Origin: an uncultured Actinomycetes bacterium
GTDB lineage: Bacteria; Actinomycetota; Actinomycetes; S36-B12
DNA length: 64,000 nt
Reading direction: 5' to 3'
NCBI GenBank assembly: GCA_963755335.1
Contig: CAVWJW010000004.1
Span: 396,473-460,472, forward strand
Shown: positions 23,578 to 34,001 of the stretch, one piece after another
How positions within the stretch are numbered: position 1 is the stretch's first letter
How the letters are laid out: each line of letters starts with the position of its first letter
Notes under the pieces: generated by a model
What the model was told of the DNA's origin: nothing
The model's input: only the letters and a program-made list of their open reading frames with translations
The model's database searches: none
Position numbers and translations under genes: made by a program

Positions 23578-25098
23578 GTGGCCACCTTTGAACTCACGGA
23601 CGTCGCAGGGGTGTGGGGGACGGGGACCCTCGAGCGTCCGCGGGGCCTGCTCGACGCCATTCCACTGGGGCTGCTTCTGTGCGACACGGCATTGGCGGTC
23701 GTCGACGTGAATGACAAGGCCTTGGATCTGCTCGGCGTCACGCGTGAGCAGGTGTTGGGTCGGGCACTGACGATGGAGCCGTGGGATGCGGTGCGGGAGG
23801 ACGGTTCGCCGCTTCCTCTGGAGGAGCAGGCCGCCGCGATCGCACTGGCCACAGGACAGGACTGCGCAAACGTCGTCATGGGCCTTCGCACCCCGGACAG
23901 GGGCTGGCGATGGCTGTCCGGCGACGCCCGCCTCCTTGTCGACGACGGCCACGTTGACGGCGTGGCGCTCTCGTTCACCGACATCACGACCCAGCGTGCC
24001 GAGCACCGGGCGCTGTTATGCCTGGGCCAGGCCAACAAGGTCCTGGTGACCGCGACCAGCGAGGCCGAACTCATCGACGGCGCGTGCGACACCATCGTGC
24101 AGGCCGGCCGCTATGCGCTGGCCTGGCTCGGGTTCGGAAACGATGACGAACGTCGCAGTATCTCGATTGCAGGCTACGCGGGGTATACGGAGAACCTCAT
24201 CGAAGAGGACCTGACCTGGTCCGAGGACGACAGCACGGGTCGAGGTCCGATTGGCGTGGCCATGCGCACGGGCATCGTTCAAGTCGACAACGACTTGGAG
24301 TTCAGGGCCAGCCACAGTGCTGAGCCCCAACCCGCATTGCGGTCCACGTTCGCGTCGATGATTTCCATCCCTTTGACCGACCACGTGCGGCCGCGGGCCG
24401 TGCTGACGATCCACAGCTGGGACCCTCTAGCCTTCGACGGTCCGGCGGTCTCCCTGTTGACTGAGATGGCCGGTGACCTCGGTTACGGCATCGCCAAGCA
24501 CCGAGATGCGGTGCGCCTCGAGGAAGCACTGAACGGCACGCTCGCGGTAATCGCCCGCATGACTGAGACGCGCGACCCCTACACGGCTGGCCATCAGAAG
24601 CGGGTGGGTGACCTCAGTGCGGCCATTGCCGAACGGCTCGGCCTAACGCCCGCGGAGGTCGAGGGGATACGGCGAGGCGCTGAGGTGCACGACGTGGGCA
24701 AGATAGGGGTCGCTGCCGAGATCCTGTCGCGCCCGGGCAGGCTTGACGACCTTGAGTTCGCTCTGGTCAAGCGTCACTGCGACCTGGGGGCGGACATCCT
24801 GCGACACGCTGACCTTCCTTGGCCTATCTCAGGCATCGCCAAACAGCACCACGAGCGACTCGATGGCTCTGGCTACCCAGCCGGCTTGATGGGCACGGAC
24901 ATCATCCTGCCGGCGCGCATCGTAGCCGTAGCCGACGTCGTCGAGGCGATGGCACACCATCGGCCCTACCGCCCCGCCCTGGGGATTGAGGCGGCCCTAT
25001 CGGAGGTCAAGGAGAACGCGGGGATTCAGTTCGACGCGGACGTCGTTGGCGCCTGCCTTGCAGAGTTCGAAGCAGGGTTCACATTCGACGACGACTGA
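23578..25098 (+). CDS. PAS-GAF-HD-GYP cyclic di-GMP phosphodiesterase
   Basis: RDPYTAGHQKRV, HDVGKIG, HHERLDGSGYP, RPYRPA. Confidence 0.92.
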   Translation: MATFELTDVAGVWGTGTLERPRGLLDAIPLGLLLCDTALAVVDVNDKALDLLGVTREQVLGRALTMEPWDAVREDGSPLPLEEQAAAIALATGQDCANVVMGLRTPDRGWRWLSGDARLLVDDGHVDGVALSFTDITTQRAEHRALLCLGQANKVLVTATSEAELIDGACDTIVQAGRYALAWLGFGNDDERRSISIAGYAGYTENLIEEDLTWSEDDSTGRGPIGVAMRTGIVQVDNDLEFRASHSAEPQPALRSTFASMISIPLTDHVRPRAVLTIHSWDPLAFDGPAVSLLTEMAGDLGYGIAKHRDAVRLEEALNGTLAVIARMTETRDPYTAGHQKRVGDLSAAIAERLGLTPAEVEGIRRGAEVHDVGKIGVAAEILSRPGRLDDLEFALVKRHCDLGADILRHADLPWPISGIAKQHHERLDGSGYPAGLMGTDIILPARIVAVADVVEAMAHHRPYRPALGIEAALSEVKENAGIQFDADVVGACLAEFEAGFTFDDD

Positions 25099-25233
25099 CG
25101 AGTAACCACGGGAGCACGGCCACGCAGGACACACGGATGGCAACGAGGGTTTCGGTGCCACCGGGGTTGCTTGACTGTGACCGGGGGGTTGAGAAGCTGC
25201 GCGCCACATCGTCGGCATCGAGAGCGATGCGGA

Positions 25234-25260
25234 CCAATCCGTCCGTATGTCTGCTCCGAA
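25234..25260 (+). promoter_or_regulatory. SigK-type ECF promoter upstream of sigK
   Basis: CCAATCC-N15-CCGAA; same motif at 26772; resembles the mycobacterial SigK consensus CCATCC/CCGAA. Confidence 0.7.
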
Positions 25261-25376
25261 CACCCATTGATCGCTCGATCACCAACGTGCCCATGGATCG
25301 CCTCGCAGCGGTAGTAGCCAAGGAGAACCCATGATCACGTGCCGCTCCCACAATCTCGCGAACGCGTGAAAGACTC

Positions 25377-25979
25377 ATGACGATGGATCCCTCGGTTGTA
25401 CCTCCGGTCGGCCTTGCGCCGGTCGCAACGGCACCCGATGACCTAGCGGCGCTGCTCTCCCGTGCAAGCCGGGGGGACGAGCAGGCGTTCGCTGAGCTTT
25501 ACGACGGCACCTGCTCGCGCATCTTTGGCCTCGTCCGGCGGGTAGTCCGAGATCCGGCACAGGCCGAGGAGGTCACACAGGAGGTCTACCTGACGGTGTG
25601 GCGCGAGAGTGCACGCTATGACCCCACACGTGGCTCGGCTCTGGCCTGGATCCTCACCATTGCTCATCGCCGCGCGGTGGACCGAGTTCGTGCGTCGGAG
25701 AGCGCCCGCGAGCGAGACAACCGCTTCGCGACCCTGGATGACGGTCCCGCCTTCGACGTCGTCGAGGAAGCCGTCACCGCATCCCTGGACTCTGCTCGCG
25801 TTCGTCACGCCTTGTCCACGCTGACAGATGTCCAGCGCGAAGCCATCACCCTGGCCTACTACGGCGGCTATACCTACAAGGAAGTCTCCGAACTGCTCGA
25901 TGTGCCGCTGGGCACAATCAAGACCCGTATGCGCGACGGACTGATCCGGTTGCGCGACACCCTGGGGGTAGACCGATGA
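25377..25979 (+). CDS. sigK: ECF RNA polymerase sigma factor SigK
   Basis: AFAELYD, AEEVTQEVYL..WR, AHRRAVDRVR, LAYYGGYTY.EV, PLGTIKTRMRDGLIRLRD. Confidence 0.92.
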   Translation: MTMDPSVVPPVGLAPVATAPDDLAALLSRASRGDEQAFAELYDGTCSRIFGLVRRVVRDPAQAEEVTQEVYLTVWRESARYDPTRGSALAWILTIAHRRAVDRVRASESARERDNRFATLDDGPAFDVVEEAVTASLDSARVRHALSTLTDVQREAITLAYYGGYTYKEVSELLDVPLGTIKTRMRDGLIRLRDTLGVDR

Positions 25980-26725
25980 CCGACGACGCTCCGGACATCC
26001 ACGCCCTGTCCGGCGCATATGCGCTGAATGCGCTCGAGCCACAGGACAAGGCCGACTTCGAGAGGCACCTTCAGTCCTGCACTGCCTGCGAGGAGGAGGT
26101 CTTGTCGCTCCGAGAGGCGGTCGCCGCCCTGGCGGACGGGGCATCCGAGGCGCCCCCGGAACGCCTGCGGTCCTCAGTCCTCGCCGGGATCTCCGAGGTG
26201 CGCCCGTTGCCCCCCATCGTGCGAGGCGAGCCAGTCGATGACCAGTCGGCCCGGCGGCGCAAAGGGCCGTCGGCGTGGCTGTTGCTGGCGGCGGCCGTTC
26301 TTGGCGTCATCGCGCTGGGAGCCGGGTGGCGAGCCATCTCCCTTCAGCAGCAGGTGACGCAGCTGACGGCCGCCGCCTCGGATCTGAACAGCTTGCTCAC
26401 GGCGCCGGATGCCACCACTGTCACCGGACCGGTCGCGTCGGGAGGACAGGCCACCGTGGTGATCTCACGCGAGCGAGGGATGGCCGCACTGGCGACCGCA
26501 GGTCTTGACCCAGCACCCGCTGGGCACGTCTATCAGGCGTGGTTCATCCCCAGCAGCGGCTCACCCGTGTCCGCTGGGTTCGTCAGCGAACGCGCCGCCT
26601 TGGCGTTGCTGACGGGGAGCCCGGCGAATGCCGCGGCTGTGGGCGTCACGGTTGAGCCCGAGGGAGGATCTGCAGCGCCGACCACGACGCCCTTGATCGC
26701 CATCCCTCTGCCGGCCAATGCCTAG
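25976..26725 (+). CDS. rskA: anti-sigma-K factor RskA
   Basis: ATGA-coupled to sigK; LSGAYALNAL, HxxxCxxC, TM helix, YQAW, VTVEPEGGS..PT. Confidence 0.9.
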   Translation: MTDDAPDIHALSGAYALNALEPQDKADFERHLQSCTACEEEVLSLREAVAALADGASEAPPERLRSSVLAGISEVRPLPPIVRGEPVDDQSARRRKGPSAWLLLAAAVLGVIALGAGWRAISLQQQVTQLTAAASDLNSLLTAPDATTVTGPVASGGQATVVISRERGMAALATAGLDPAPAGHVYQAWFIPSSGSPVSAGFVSERAALALLTGSPANAAAVGVTVEPEGGSAAPTTTPLIAIPLPANA

Positions 26726-26771
26726 AGAACCCGCCTAAGGAGTAGTGCGGGACAGAATTCGCCCCGGCATT

Positions 26772-26798
26772 CCAATCCGCAGTGGGTGCGGCTCCGAA
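26772..26798 (+). promoter_or_regulatory. SigK-type ECF promoter
   Basis: CCAATCC-N15-CCGAA immediately before GTG at 26807. Confidence 0.7.
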
Positions 26799-26806
26799 CA
26801 AGGTAT

Positions 26807-27247
26807 GTGACCGCAAACCTGACTCGATTCCCGGCAAGCGCAATGGCTTGTGCAAGCGCCATAGTCCTCGCATCCACTCTTGCCGCGTGCACCACGCAAA
26901 CAACCGCTGGAAGCTCGACAGCGGCCACCTCAACCATGAGCGCCGAGGCCACCCAGGTCAGCATCAGTTCGCTGATGTTCATGCCTTCCTCGGTCAGCAT
27001 CAAGGCAGGCTCGAGTGTCACCTGGCGCAACGACGAGCCGATCACCCACACGGTGACTTCGGGGACGTTCACCGGCGTGGATCCGACTTCGGGCTTACGT
27101 AGCGGACAACGACCCGACGGGCTCTTCAACTTCCGGCTCGAAGGCGAAGGCGACTCCTTCACGTACACGTTCACTAAGCCGGGCACGTACAGCTACTACT
27201 GCGACATCCATTACGGGATGAACGCCCACGTCGTAGTCACGCCCTGA
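26807..27247 (+). CDS. cupredoxin/plastocyanin-like lipoprotein
   Basis: LAAC lipobox; HTVT and YYCDIHYGM type-1 copper ligands. Confidence 0.88.
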   Translation: MTANLTRFPASAMACASAIVLASTLAACTTQTTAGSSTAATSTMSAEATQVSISSLMFMPSSVSIKAGSSVTWRNDEPITHTVTSGTFTGVDPTSGLRSGQRPDGLFNFRLEGEGDSFTYTFTKPGTYSYYCDIHYGMNAHVVVTP

Positions 27248-27294
27248 ACCGCAGGACCGCCACACCCACCACAACCCAACTGAAGGGCACTTCC

Positions 27295-28002
27295 ATGCAA
27301 CGTGGACGAAGCAAGATCACAATCACCGTCGTCGCAGCGACCGCGGCCGTTGGCCTATTCGTAGGCACCACCGTCACCAATGCGGCCACAGGCGCTCGAC
27401 ATTCGTCCGTGCCAATGTCGCACTCGACTCACATGGTCGCCGCCGTGACGCCTGGCGCCTCCACCGCGGCGACGGTGCGGGCGGTGTTGACGGCGCAGCT
27501 GGTGGACCACGTGTGGCTGGCGGGTAACGCGCTGGACACGGCGGTGCTCAAGGGCGGCAACCTGAAGGATCCGGCCGTCAAGGGAGCCGTCGCGGCACTG
27601 GATGCCAACAGCGTGGCCCTGGCCAAGACGGTGGGGTCGGTCTACCCGAAGGCGCAGGCGCCGTTCCTGGCCTCGTGGCGTCAGCACATCGGGTTCTTCG
27701 TCAACTACACCCTGGGCAAGGCCACCAAGAACGCGGCGATGGTCGCGAAGGCCAAGTCTGACCTGGACAGCTACCGCACCAGCTTCGGCCAGTTGATTCA
27801 CTCCGTCATCCCCGAGCTGCCCGCGGACGCCGTGGCCAAGGAACTCATCCCCCACGTGCAGACGCTGACCGCGGCCATCGACGCAGCAGTCGCCGGCAGC
27901 CCCAGCTACCAGGCCAAGCTCGCGGCAGCGGCAGCACACATGCCGATGACCGCACAGATCCTCACCAACGGCATCGTCACCAACAAGCACATCACCAGCT
28001 AG
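27295..28002 (+). CDS. secreted helical protein, likely SigK-regulated and metal-related
   Basis: Signal peptide, His/Met-rich segment, FL..WR.HIGFFV.Y motif. Confidence 0.7.
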   Translation: MQRGRSKITITVVAATAAVGLFVGTTVTNAATGARHSSVPMSHSTHMVAAVTPGASTAATVRAVLTAQLVDHVWLAGNALDTAVLKGGNLKDPAVKGAVAALDANSVALAKTVGSVYPKAQAPFLASWRQHIGFFVNYTLGKATKNAAMVAKAKSDLDSYRTSFGQLIHSVIPELPADAVAKELIPHVQTLTAAIDAAVAGSPSYQAKLAAAAAHMPMTAQILTNGIVTNKHITS

Positions 28003-28067
28003 CCCCGGCGGGGCTGGGCCATGCCACGTGCATCGGCCCAGCCCCAACGACCCCTTGGAGGCAGACG

Positions 28068-28514
28068 ATGATCTCGGCACAGTTCCTTCGCCGCTTGGCT
28101 TCACCGCAGCGTCACGTCGTTGCCGCCGCAGCGGGTCTTGCGGCCGTGGCCCACATCCCGGTCATCGGACCGCACCTGCAGGAGGCTCCCTACATGGGCG
28201 TCCTCTTCGTCATCTTCACCATTTCGTGCCTCGCCCTGGGCAGCGCCGCACTGGTGTGGGACGCCCCGGTGGTCTACCTGGCAGCTGCAGCCACATGCGG
28301 CCTGGCCATCCTCGGATACAGCGCAACCAGGCTCATTGCGTTTCCACTGCTGAGCGACGATGTCGGCAACTGGCTCGAACCACTAGGTGTGGTATCCGTC
28401 GTCACCGAGGCCGTGGTCGTAGCCGCGTGCACGAGTGCGCTGTTCGACAGCGTGAACCAGGTCCGTCGCGGTCGACCCTCGCTAGTTTCAAGCCTGGAAC
28501 CAGACGGGAGATGA
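28068..28514 (+). CDS. four-TM membrane protein
   Basis: RBS ggagg; H...HLQEAPYMGVLF, GNWLEPLGVVSV..E. Confidence 0.7.
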   Translation: MISAQFLRRLASPQRHVVAAAAGLAAVAHIPVIGPHLQEAPYMGVLFVIFTISCLALGSAALVWDAPVVYLAAAATCGLAILGYSATRLIAFPLLSDDVGNWLEPLGVVSVVTEAVVVAACTSALFDSVNQVRRGRPSLVSSLEPDGR

Positions 28515-28990
28515 CAGGAATCCCTGAGATCGCTCCCCTTGACTGGCGGGCCTGTGAGGTGCGCATCCACGTAGGTGAACTCCGACCGGCGAGGCACCTC
28601 ATCCAGCGCGCAGGTATCAACCAGCTCAGGATGGCGACGGAAGGCAGCACCGGCCGGCGAGACCTGCTCGATGTAGATCCGTCAGAACCGTGACGGAGGC
28701 GGGGAGGTCTGGCACATTCGCTTCCATGGAACCCGATGAGCACGGTCCCGTTGGAATCCCATCTGACGACGACGAGGGCTTGGAACGCGAGGCCGACACG
28801 ATGGGGGCGAAGGCTGTCACTGATAGCAAGTAGACGCCCAGCCTCCTGGCAGTCGCGGCTGCCTCGGGCAGGCACGCTAGATCCGGCTGGCCAAGTGGAA
28901 GTCCCCGGACCTTCCTGCGCTGTTCCGAGGTGGCTTGCCGGGATCTCCTTTCGGTGTGGCCCTCGGACGGCGCGACGATGAGGGGCCCGT

Positions 28991-29063
28991 CTCATTTCCG
29001 CGTTTGCGCCACTCACAAAGTCATTGGTAATCAGCAACTATTGGCTTGCCGTCGACTCATGAG
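28991..29063 (+). repeat. att-like repeat (degenerate core plus palindrome)
   Basis: ctcacaaagtcattggtaatcagcaactattgg...gactca nearly identical to 42256-42303. Confidence 0.8.
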
Positions 29064-29257
29064 TACGTGCGAGTGCGACCGAGGAGGTAAGTGAAACGAT
29101 CGCGTGGGGTGGCTTCTTGGGCAGGGCGTCCCGTTCGACATGGTTGCTAACCCTCGGGAACCACTCAACGGCTCGGTAGCATGGACTTGTCGTCGTGACC
29201 AAGGTTCCCGGGCGGCTAGGTCCGGACTTGCACAAGTTCACCGAGGAAAGAGCTGAG

Positions 29258-29626
29258 ATGTCGATGCGCGTTCGCTACGTCGTCCTCTACGTCAATGACG
29301 CGGACGCGTGCCGCCGGTTCTGGACCGAGCAGGTGGGCATGGTCGAGAAGGACCGCAAGGAGGTGGACGGCTTCTCAGTGGTCCAGGTTGGCTTCGCCGA
29401 TCAGCAGTTCGCCTTCGAACTCGTCCCGCTGGCGATGATGGCCGACAACCCGTACGGCCTCGATCTGGCGACTCCGTCCATCGCCCTGCAGGTCGATGAC
29501 CTTGACGCGGCGCGTGCGCAACTCGTCGACCGCGGTGTCTCGGCGATGGAGATCGGCGAGCACAGCGGCGTGCGGAGCTTCGCCTTCAGTGACCCGGAGG
29601 GTCGCTGGTTCGCCGTGACGGGCTGA
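29258..29626 (+). CDS. VOC/glyoxalase family protein
   Basis: VVLYVND...FWTEQVG, IALQVDDLDA, FAFSDPEG. Confidence 0.85.
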   Translation: MSMRVRYVVLYVNDADACRRFWTEQVGMVEKDRKEVDGFSVVQVGFADQQFAFELVPLAMMADNPYGLDLATPSIALQVDDLDAARAQLVDRGVSAMEIGEHSGVRSFAFSDPEGRWFAVTG

Positions 29627-29636
29627 TCGCCGGCGG

Positions 29637-30944
29637 CTATCTGCTGACTCGCATGGGATTGTCCAGTGCCATCGTCACGGGCGTGAGTGATGGAGGTCCG
29701 GGAGCCGTGTACGTCCAGTCGGGGTAGGGCGTGCGGCCGGGCCCCCCAGGGTTGTACAGCGAGGTGTAGCCGCCTTCGCGCCCAGGGATCTCCAGGTCGG
29801 TAATGCTGCGGGCTGCCGCTTCGTCGCCGGCGATCATGATGTCGATGTAGTTGTCGCGGTCTTCGGCGTAGCAGTCGTCATACGCGACACCTGCCGCGGC
29901 GTCGGCCTTCTGTCCGGTGTCGGCCAGACCCACGATCCTCAGCGTTCCCCCGTTGACCACGTATCGCTGGCCCACGGCACTGAGCACTACGTCGTGGCCG
30001 TCAGGCCCGGTCGCATGCAGTTGGAAGAACGTCCCGAAGTCGTCGGGGCGTATCCCGCGCACGCCATCGGGTGAGAAGCCACCGGTGGTGAGCATCCGCA
30101 GTCGGAAGTTCGGTCCATTCCCATACAGAGCGCCTTCGTCATTGGGGAGGGTCGTACCGCCGAGTCCCGTTACGCCGCCTTCGCCTTGCGGCGGAGCGTC
30201 GACCCGGTTGAGCTTGGCTCCTGCGAGGGTTGGTCCTACGTCGTAGGGGGTCTTGCTCGTGGTCCACGACAAGCCCGTGGCCGAGATATCGCCGTTCGGT
30301 CCAGCGAGAATCAGCGAGCGCCCGTCCGTCCTTTCGACGATGTCCAACCGGATCGGGTAACGAGCGTTCGGATCGCCAGCCATACCGCGGTTGCCCAGAT
30401 CGCTGAACATGACGACGGTATTGCGCTCGTTGAGCTCGAAGTTCGGCGTCATCGTGATCGCGTCGACTCCGACCACCTCGCCGGTGTTGAGGGTGAAGCG
30501 GAACTGACTGGGGTCCAGGGTGTTCGTGCGGATCGGCCAGCTGAACACGACGGGCGTGCCATCGACGTTGTGGATCGACGCGCCGGGAGCCTTCAGGAGC
30601 AGCGGATCGAGGCCACGCGATAGGGCGACGCTGCTGCGGTCGGCGTCCGTTGGCGCTTGGGCGCATTGCAGGGTGGTGTCGTAGGCGCCGCCGACGGCAT
30701 GCGTGGACGCTTCGTCGTCTCCGTCCACCGCGATGATGCCGTCGAAGCCAAAGCCTGCCGAGAGGATCTGGGGCTTGTCCGTCCAGTAGTCGGCGGACAC
30801 GAGTCGACCGTCATACATTGTGGCGTGCAGGTCGTCTTGCCTTTCCTGCAGGATTAAGACGAGCGCAGCGGCGGCCATGACGAGCACGGCACCTATGCCG
30901 ATCGCGACAGCGATGATCCTGCGTCCGCGAGATCGGGAGGCCAC
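29637..30944 (-). CDS. membrane-anchored/secreted hypothetical protein
   Basis: N-terminal TM helix; 435-aa GC-biased ORF; DG.PVVFSWP, EDRDNYIDI. Confidence 0.7.
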   Translation of the reverse strand: MASRSRGRRIIAVAIGIGAVLVMAAAALVLILQERQDDLHATMYDGRLVSADYWTDKPQILSAGFGFDGIIAVDGDDEASTHAVGGAYDTTLQCAQAPTDADRSSVALSRGLDPLLLKAPGASIHNVDGTPVVFSWPIRTNTLDPSQFRFTLNTGEVVGVDAITMTPNFELNERNTVVMFSDLGNRGMAGDPNARYPIRLDIVERTDGRSLILAGPNGDISATGLSWTTSKTPYDVGPTLAGAKLNRVDAPPQGEGGVTGLGGTTLPNDEGALYGNGPNFRLRMLTTGGFSPDGVRGIRPDDFGTFFQLHATGPDGHDVVLSAVGQRYVVNGGTLRIVGLADTGQKADAAAGVAYDDCYAEDRDNYIDIMIAGDEAAARSITDLEIPGREGGYTSLYNPGGPGRTPYPDWTYTAPGPPSLTPVTMALDNPMRVSR

Positions 30945-31012
30945 GGTTCACTATGGCACTTAGGGGCGCGTGAGTCGCTTGAGCAACCGCACCTGCTGCG
31001 CGGTCATTCACG

Positions 31013-31582
31013 TCAGCCGTGAACTCTGGTCGGCCTGTATCGCAGGGCCACCGCCCCCGATCGGAACTCGTGGCGAGCCACGAGCTCGAGCAGGGTGCGC
31101 TCGCGCAGGCCGGACAGCAACGTGGGCCCGTGCCCGGCGAGGACCGGCTGCACCAGGAACTCGTACTCATCGATCAGCCCCAGATCTGCCAACGCCAGGG
31201 GGAGTGTCACGCCACCCACCCACAGACTCTCGCCGGGCTCCTGCTTGAGCCGCTGAACCGCTGGCCCTAAGTCGCCTCGCACCAATTCGGCGTTCCATTC
31301 GGCGCCGCTCAGCGTGCTCGACACGACGTACTTCTTTGCCCGGTCGATGGCTTCGGCGAACGGGATCTGCCACTCATCCATCCATTCGGGCCATACTGCC
31401 GTGGCCGGCTTCCGCCACGCCGATTGCATCATTTCGTAGGTCACTCGGCCGAAGAGCAGGGCATCGGCTCGCTCCATCTCGGCGGTCCAGTAGCGCATCG
31501 ACTCCTCGTCCGGGGGCAGTCCCGCCTCGTGATGGCAGCAGCCGTCGAGTGTGACGTTGATCGAGTACCGAAGTTGTCTCAT
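31013..31582 (-). CDS. dihydrofolate reductase-like (RibD C-terminal) protein
   Basis: INVTLDGC, LLFGRVTYEMM, KYVVSSTL, GLIDEY...PVLAG.G. Confidence 0.9.
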   Translation of the reverse strand: MRQLRYSINVTLDGCCHHEAGLPPDEESMRYWTAEMERADALLFGRVTYEMMQSAWRKPATAVWPEWMDEWQIPFAEAIDRAKKYVVSSTLSGAEWNAELVRGDLGPAVQRLKQEPGESLWVGGVTLPLALADLGLIDEYEFLVQPVLAGHGPTLLSGLRERTLLELVARHEFRSGAVALRYRPTRVHG

Positions 31583-31916
31583 ACCCTTGACCTCACTGGC
31601 TGCGCCCCGCGTCCAGCGGACAGCCTTCAGCCTTCAGGCGCTGTGTCATGCCTGCGCCTTGATCTCTTCCACTGTAGAGCTGTCGTGGGTAGAGCAGACC
31701 GGAACGCAGTTGGTCTCTCTGCTCTGCCGAATCGGGACACTCAGGTACAGCTACACCGTCGCTGGACTGCTCATCGCTGGGCGACCAAGAACCGAGGGCT
31801 GCCCGAGGCCGTCGTGTGGGGCGCGGTCGCGGTCTGTCCACTACGGTTTCGACACTGGCGAGGCCGATGGGGGCTTTCGCCCGGGGGCGTGTACGCCGCA
31901 CGCGAGGGGAGCCAGC

Positions 31917-33626
31917 ATGGGCGCGGGGGCGGTACGAGGTAGGGGCACGCGGATTGCCGGGTTCGCCGTGGCGTCGGGCTTGTTGCTCGCTGCTTGCAGC
32001 TCGTCCGGGTCGGCAGGCAATTCGTCGCCGACGCCGCCGGGCACGGGTCCCTCAGCCAGCGGATTCGTACAGCCGTCCAGTGGCCTTCACATGGCAGTCG
32101 CTGCATCGCAATTGCCGAAGCCGGGGAAGGCACCGCACTTCTGGGCTGGCCTGCTCCATCAGGCGATCGCGTCTGACCCCACCTGGCAGGCTCTGTCCGG
32201 TACCGAGGTCGATGCGGACATCTACAAGGTGGAGGACCAGCTGTTCGCGAAACTGCCGCCTTCGACTCCAGTCTCGGGCAGCGCATCCACTGCTGCCAGT
32301 CCGGGAGCGTCCGCGCGCGGCACCGTGTCGAGTAGCGCCCGGACCTCCGGCTCCGCCCGCATCTCAAACGTGGCGTTCGTGCCGAGTGCTGACGCGCCGG
32401 CGCCTCCGGGGCTCGACGCCTTCATCGGCCTCGGCGCCGCGTTGGGCTATGTGGCGGATGTGTCCGCGCCGGGGATCCCGAAGGAGGGGGTGACCTCGAC
32501 GATCGCGGACACCGTCAACGGTGTCGACGTCTCGGGCCAGCTCACCATCACCCCCACCGGGACCGAGTCGACCATCACCATGAAGAAGGACGGGAAGACG
32601 TACTCGATGACCGTGAAGCAGTCGGTCTCTGGCGACCCATGTCCGGATGCCGATGGGAAGGTCTCGGCCGTCTTCGACGTGTTCGTGGACACAAGCGGAA
32701 GTTCAGGACCAAACTCCGGAGGGGGCTCGGTGGCGATCAAGGGAACCGTGACCGCCACCGTCGACGACAACGCCGAGATCACCAGCATCGTCGGCGACGG
32801 CAGCACGACCCGCAACCAGACCCTCAACGGCTCCGTGACGTCCAACCAGGTAGGACTCCACACCACTCTCGACGGAACCTTCCAGGGGCAGAACGTGGTG
32901 ACGACGTACCGAATGACCACGTCCGGTCAGGCTGCGGCCGATCAGGAAGCGGCGTTCGCTAGGGACGCGCTCGACGGCGTCGTCATCGGGCTCATGTCTC
33001 AACGGCGTATCGTGTGGCTGGGCGGCGCATGCGTCGCGGTGACTGCGGACCTACCGGAGAAAGTGAAGCGCAACTCGACCACCCCCTTCACCGTGAAGGT
33101 CACCCACAAGCCCGACGGCGCGGAGTTCAACGCACCGGTCACGGCCAAGCTCGACAACGGGGCCGTGTCGGTGTCACCCGACCACGTCGACAAGGCGCCC
33201 GGCCAGTTCGCCTACGTGGCGCCTGACGCGGCCGGCAAGAAGGCGTCGTTGACCTTCACTTCGAAGTCACGTCGCGGCTTCGGGACCGCGACCGTAACCG
33301 TGTCAACGATGCGCTACGTCGCCAGCGGCGGCAACGGCCAGGTGTCCATCACCGGAACGGTGGACGACCTCGACAAGCCCTTCGACCTGAAGGTCATCTC
33401 GCCTGGCGCTACGGGGTCCGTCACCTTGACGCCTACAGGGCCTACATCGGGGAAGATCCGGGGATCCTCCGACCTCGGATTCTCCAAGGAAGTCACCAAG
33501 GGGAGCTACACGCTCAAAGAGACCGCGACCGGGTACATCGCCACCGGCACCGTTTCCACCTGCCTGACCAAGGTCAGAACCTGCTCGCCGAGCGGCGGCT
33601 TCGAGGTGACCTTCACCGCCGAGTAG
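31917..33626 (+). CDS. large beta-rich lipoprotein, hypothetical
   Basis: LLAACSS lipobox; S/T/G-rich; Ig-like strands. Confidence 0.7.
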   Translation: MGAGAVRGRGTRIAGFAVASGLLLAACSSSGSAGNSSPTPPGTGPSASGFVQPSSGLHMAVAASQLPKPGKAPHFWAGLLHQAIASDPTWQALSGTEVDADIYKVEDQLFAKLPPSTPVSGSASTAASPGASARGTVSSSARTSGSARISNVAFVPSADAPAPPGLDAFIGLGAALGYVADVSAPGIPKEGVTSTIADTVNGVDVSGQLTITPTGTESTITMKKDGKTYSMTVKQSVSGDPCPDADGKVSAVFDVFVDTSGSSGPNSGGGSVAIKGTVTATVDDNAEITSIVGDGSTTRNQTLNGSVTSNQVGLHTTLDGTFQGQNVVTTYRMTTSGQAAADQEAAFARDALDGVVIGLMSQRRIVWLGGACVAVTADLPEKVKRNSTTPFTVKVTHKPDGAEFNAPVTAKLDNGAVSVSPDHVDKAPGQFAYVAPDAAGKKASLTFTSKSRRGFGTATVTVSTMRYVASGGNGQVSITGTVDDLDKPFDLKVISPGATGSVTLTPTGPTSGKIRGSSDLGFSKEVTKGSYTLKETATGYIATGTVSTCLTKVRTCSPSGGFEVTFTAE

Positions 33627-33694
33627 CAGCGCGGGCCCGCACCCGCGACGCCTGCGCCACCGACACGACTGCGTAGCTTGGCTCTCGGACCTCT

Positions 33695-33814
33695 CGCAGC
33701 AACGACTTGCGAGCGAGACCCCAGGCAGAGTCGAACGGCCGGCATTCCGAATCTCAATCACCTAGGACTCCTTGCCATCCCCTCGCAGAGTCCTTGCTAT
33801 TGAACAACTACTGA
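33695..33814 (+). repeat. degenerate att-like repeat with tRNA-Phe T-arm remnant
   Basis: gcaacgactt...ccaggcagagtcgaacggccggcattccga...cctcgcagagtccttgctattgaacaacta. Confidence 0.7.
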
Positions 33815-34001
33815 AGCCGCTGAGTAGCCACCTTCTTGTGAGAAGCGCCTTCGGGAACTTTGACGACGCTGCTCGGTGAGGCGGGCTGCTGACGTGATGG
33901 CCCGTCTAGTCCTGTCGGTGAAGACAGCACGGTACCGGTCTTCAGCTGGCTGAGGGTCGCGATGGGGACGATCATCTGCGGACGTGCTCGGCTTGCACGG
34001 A

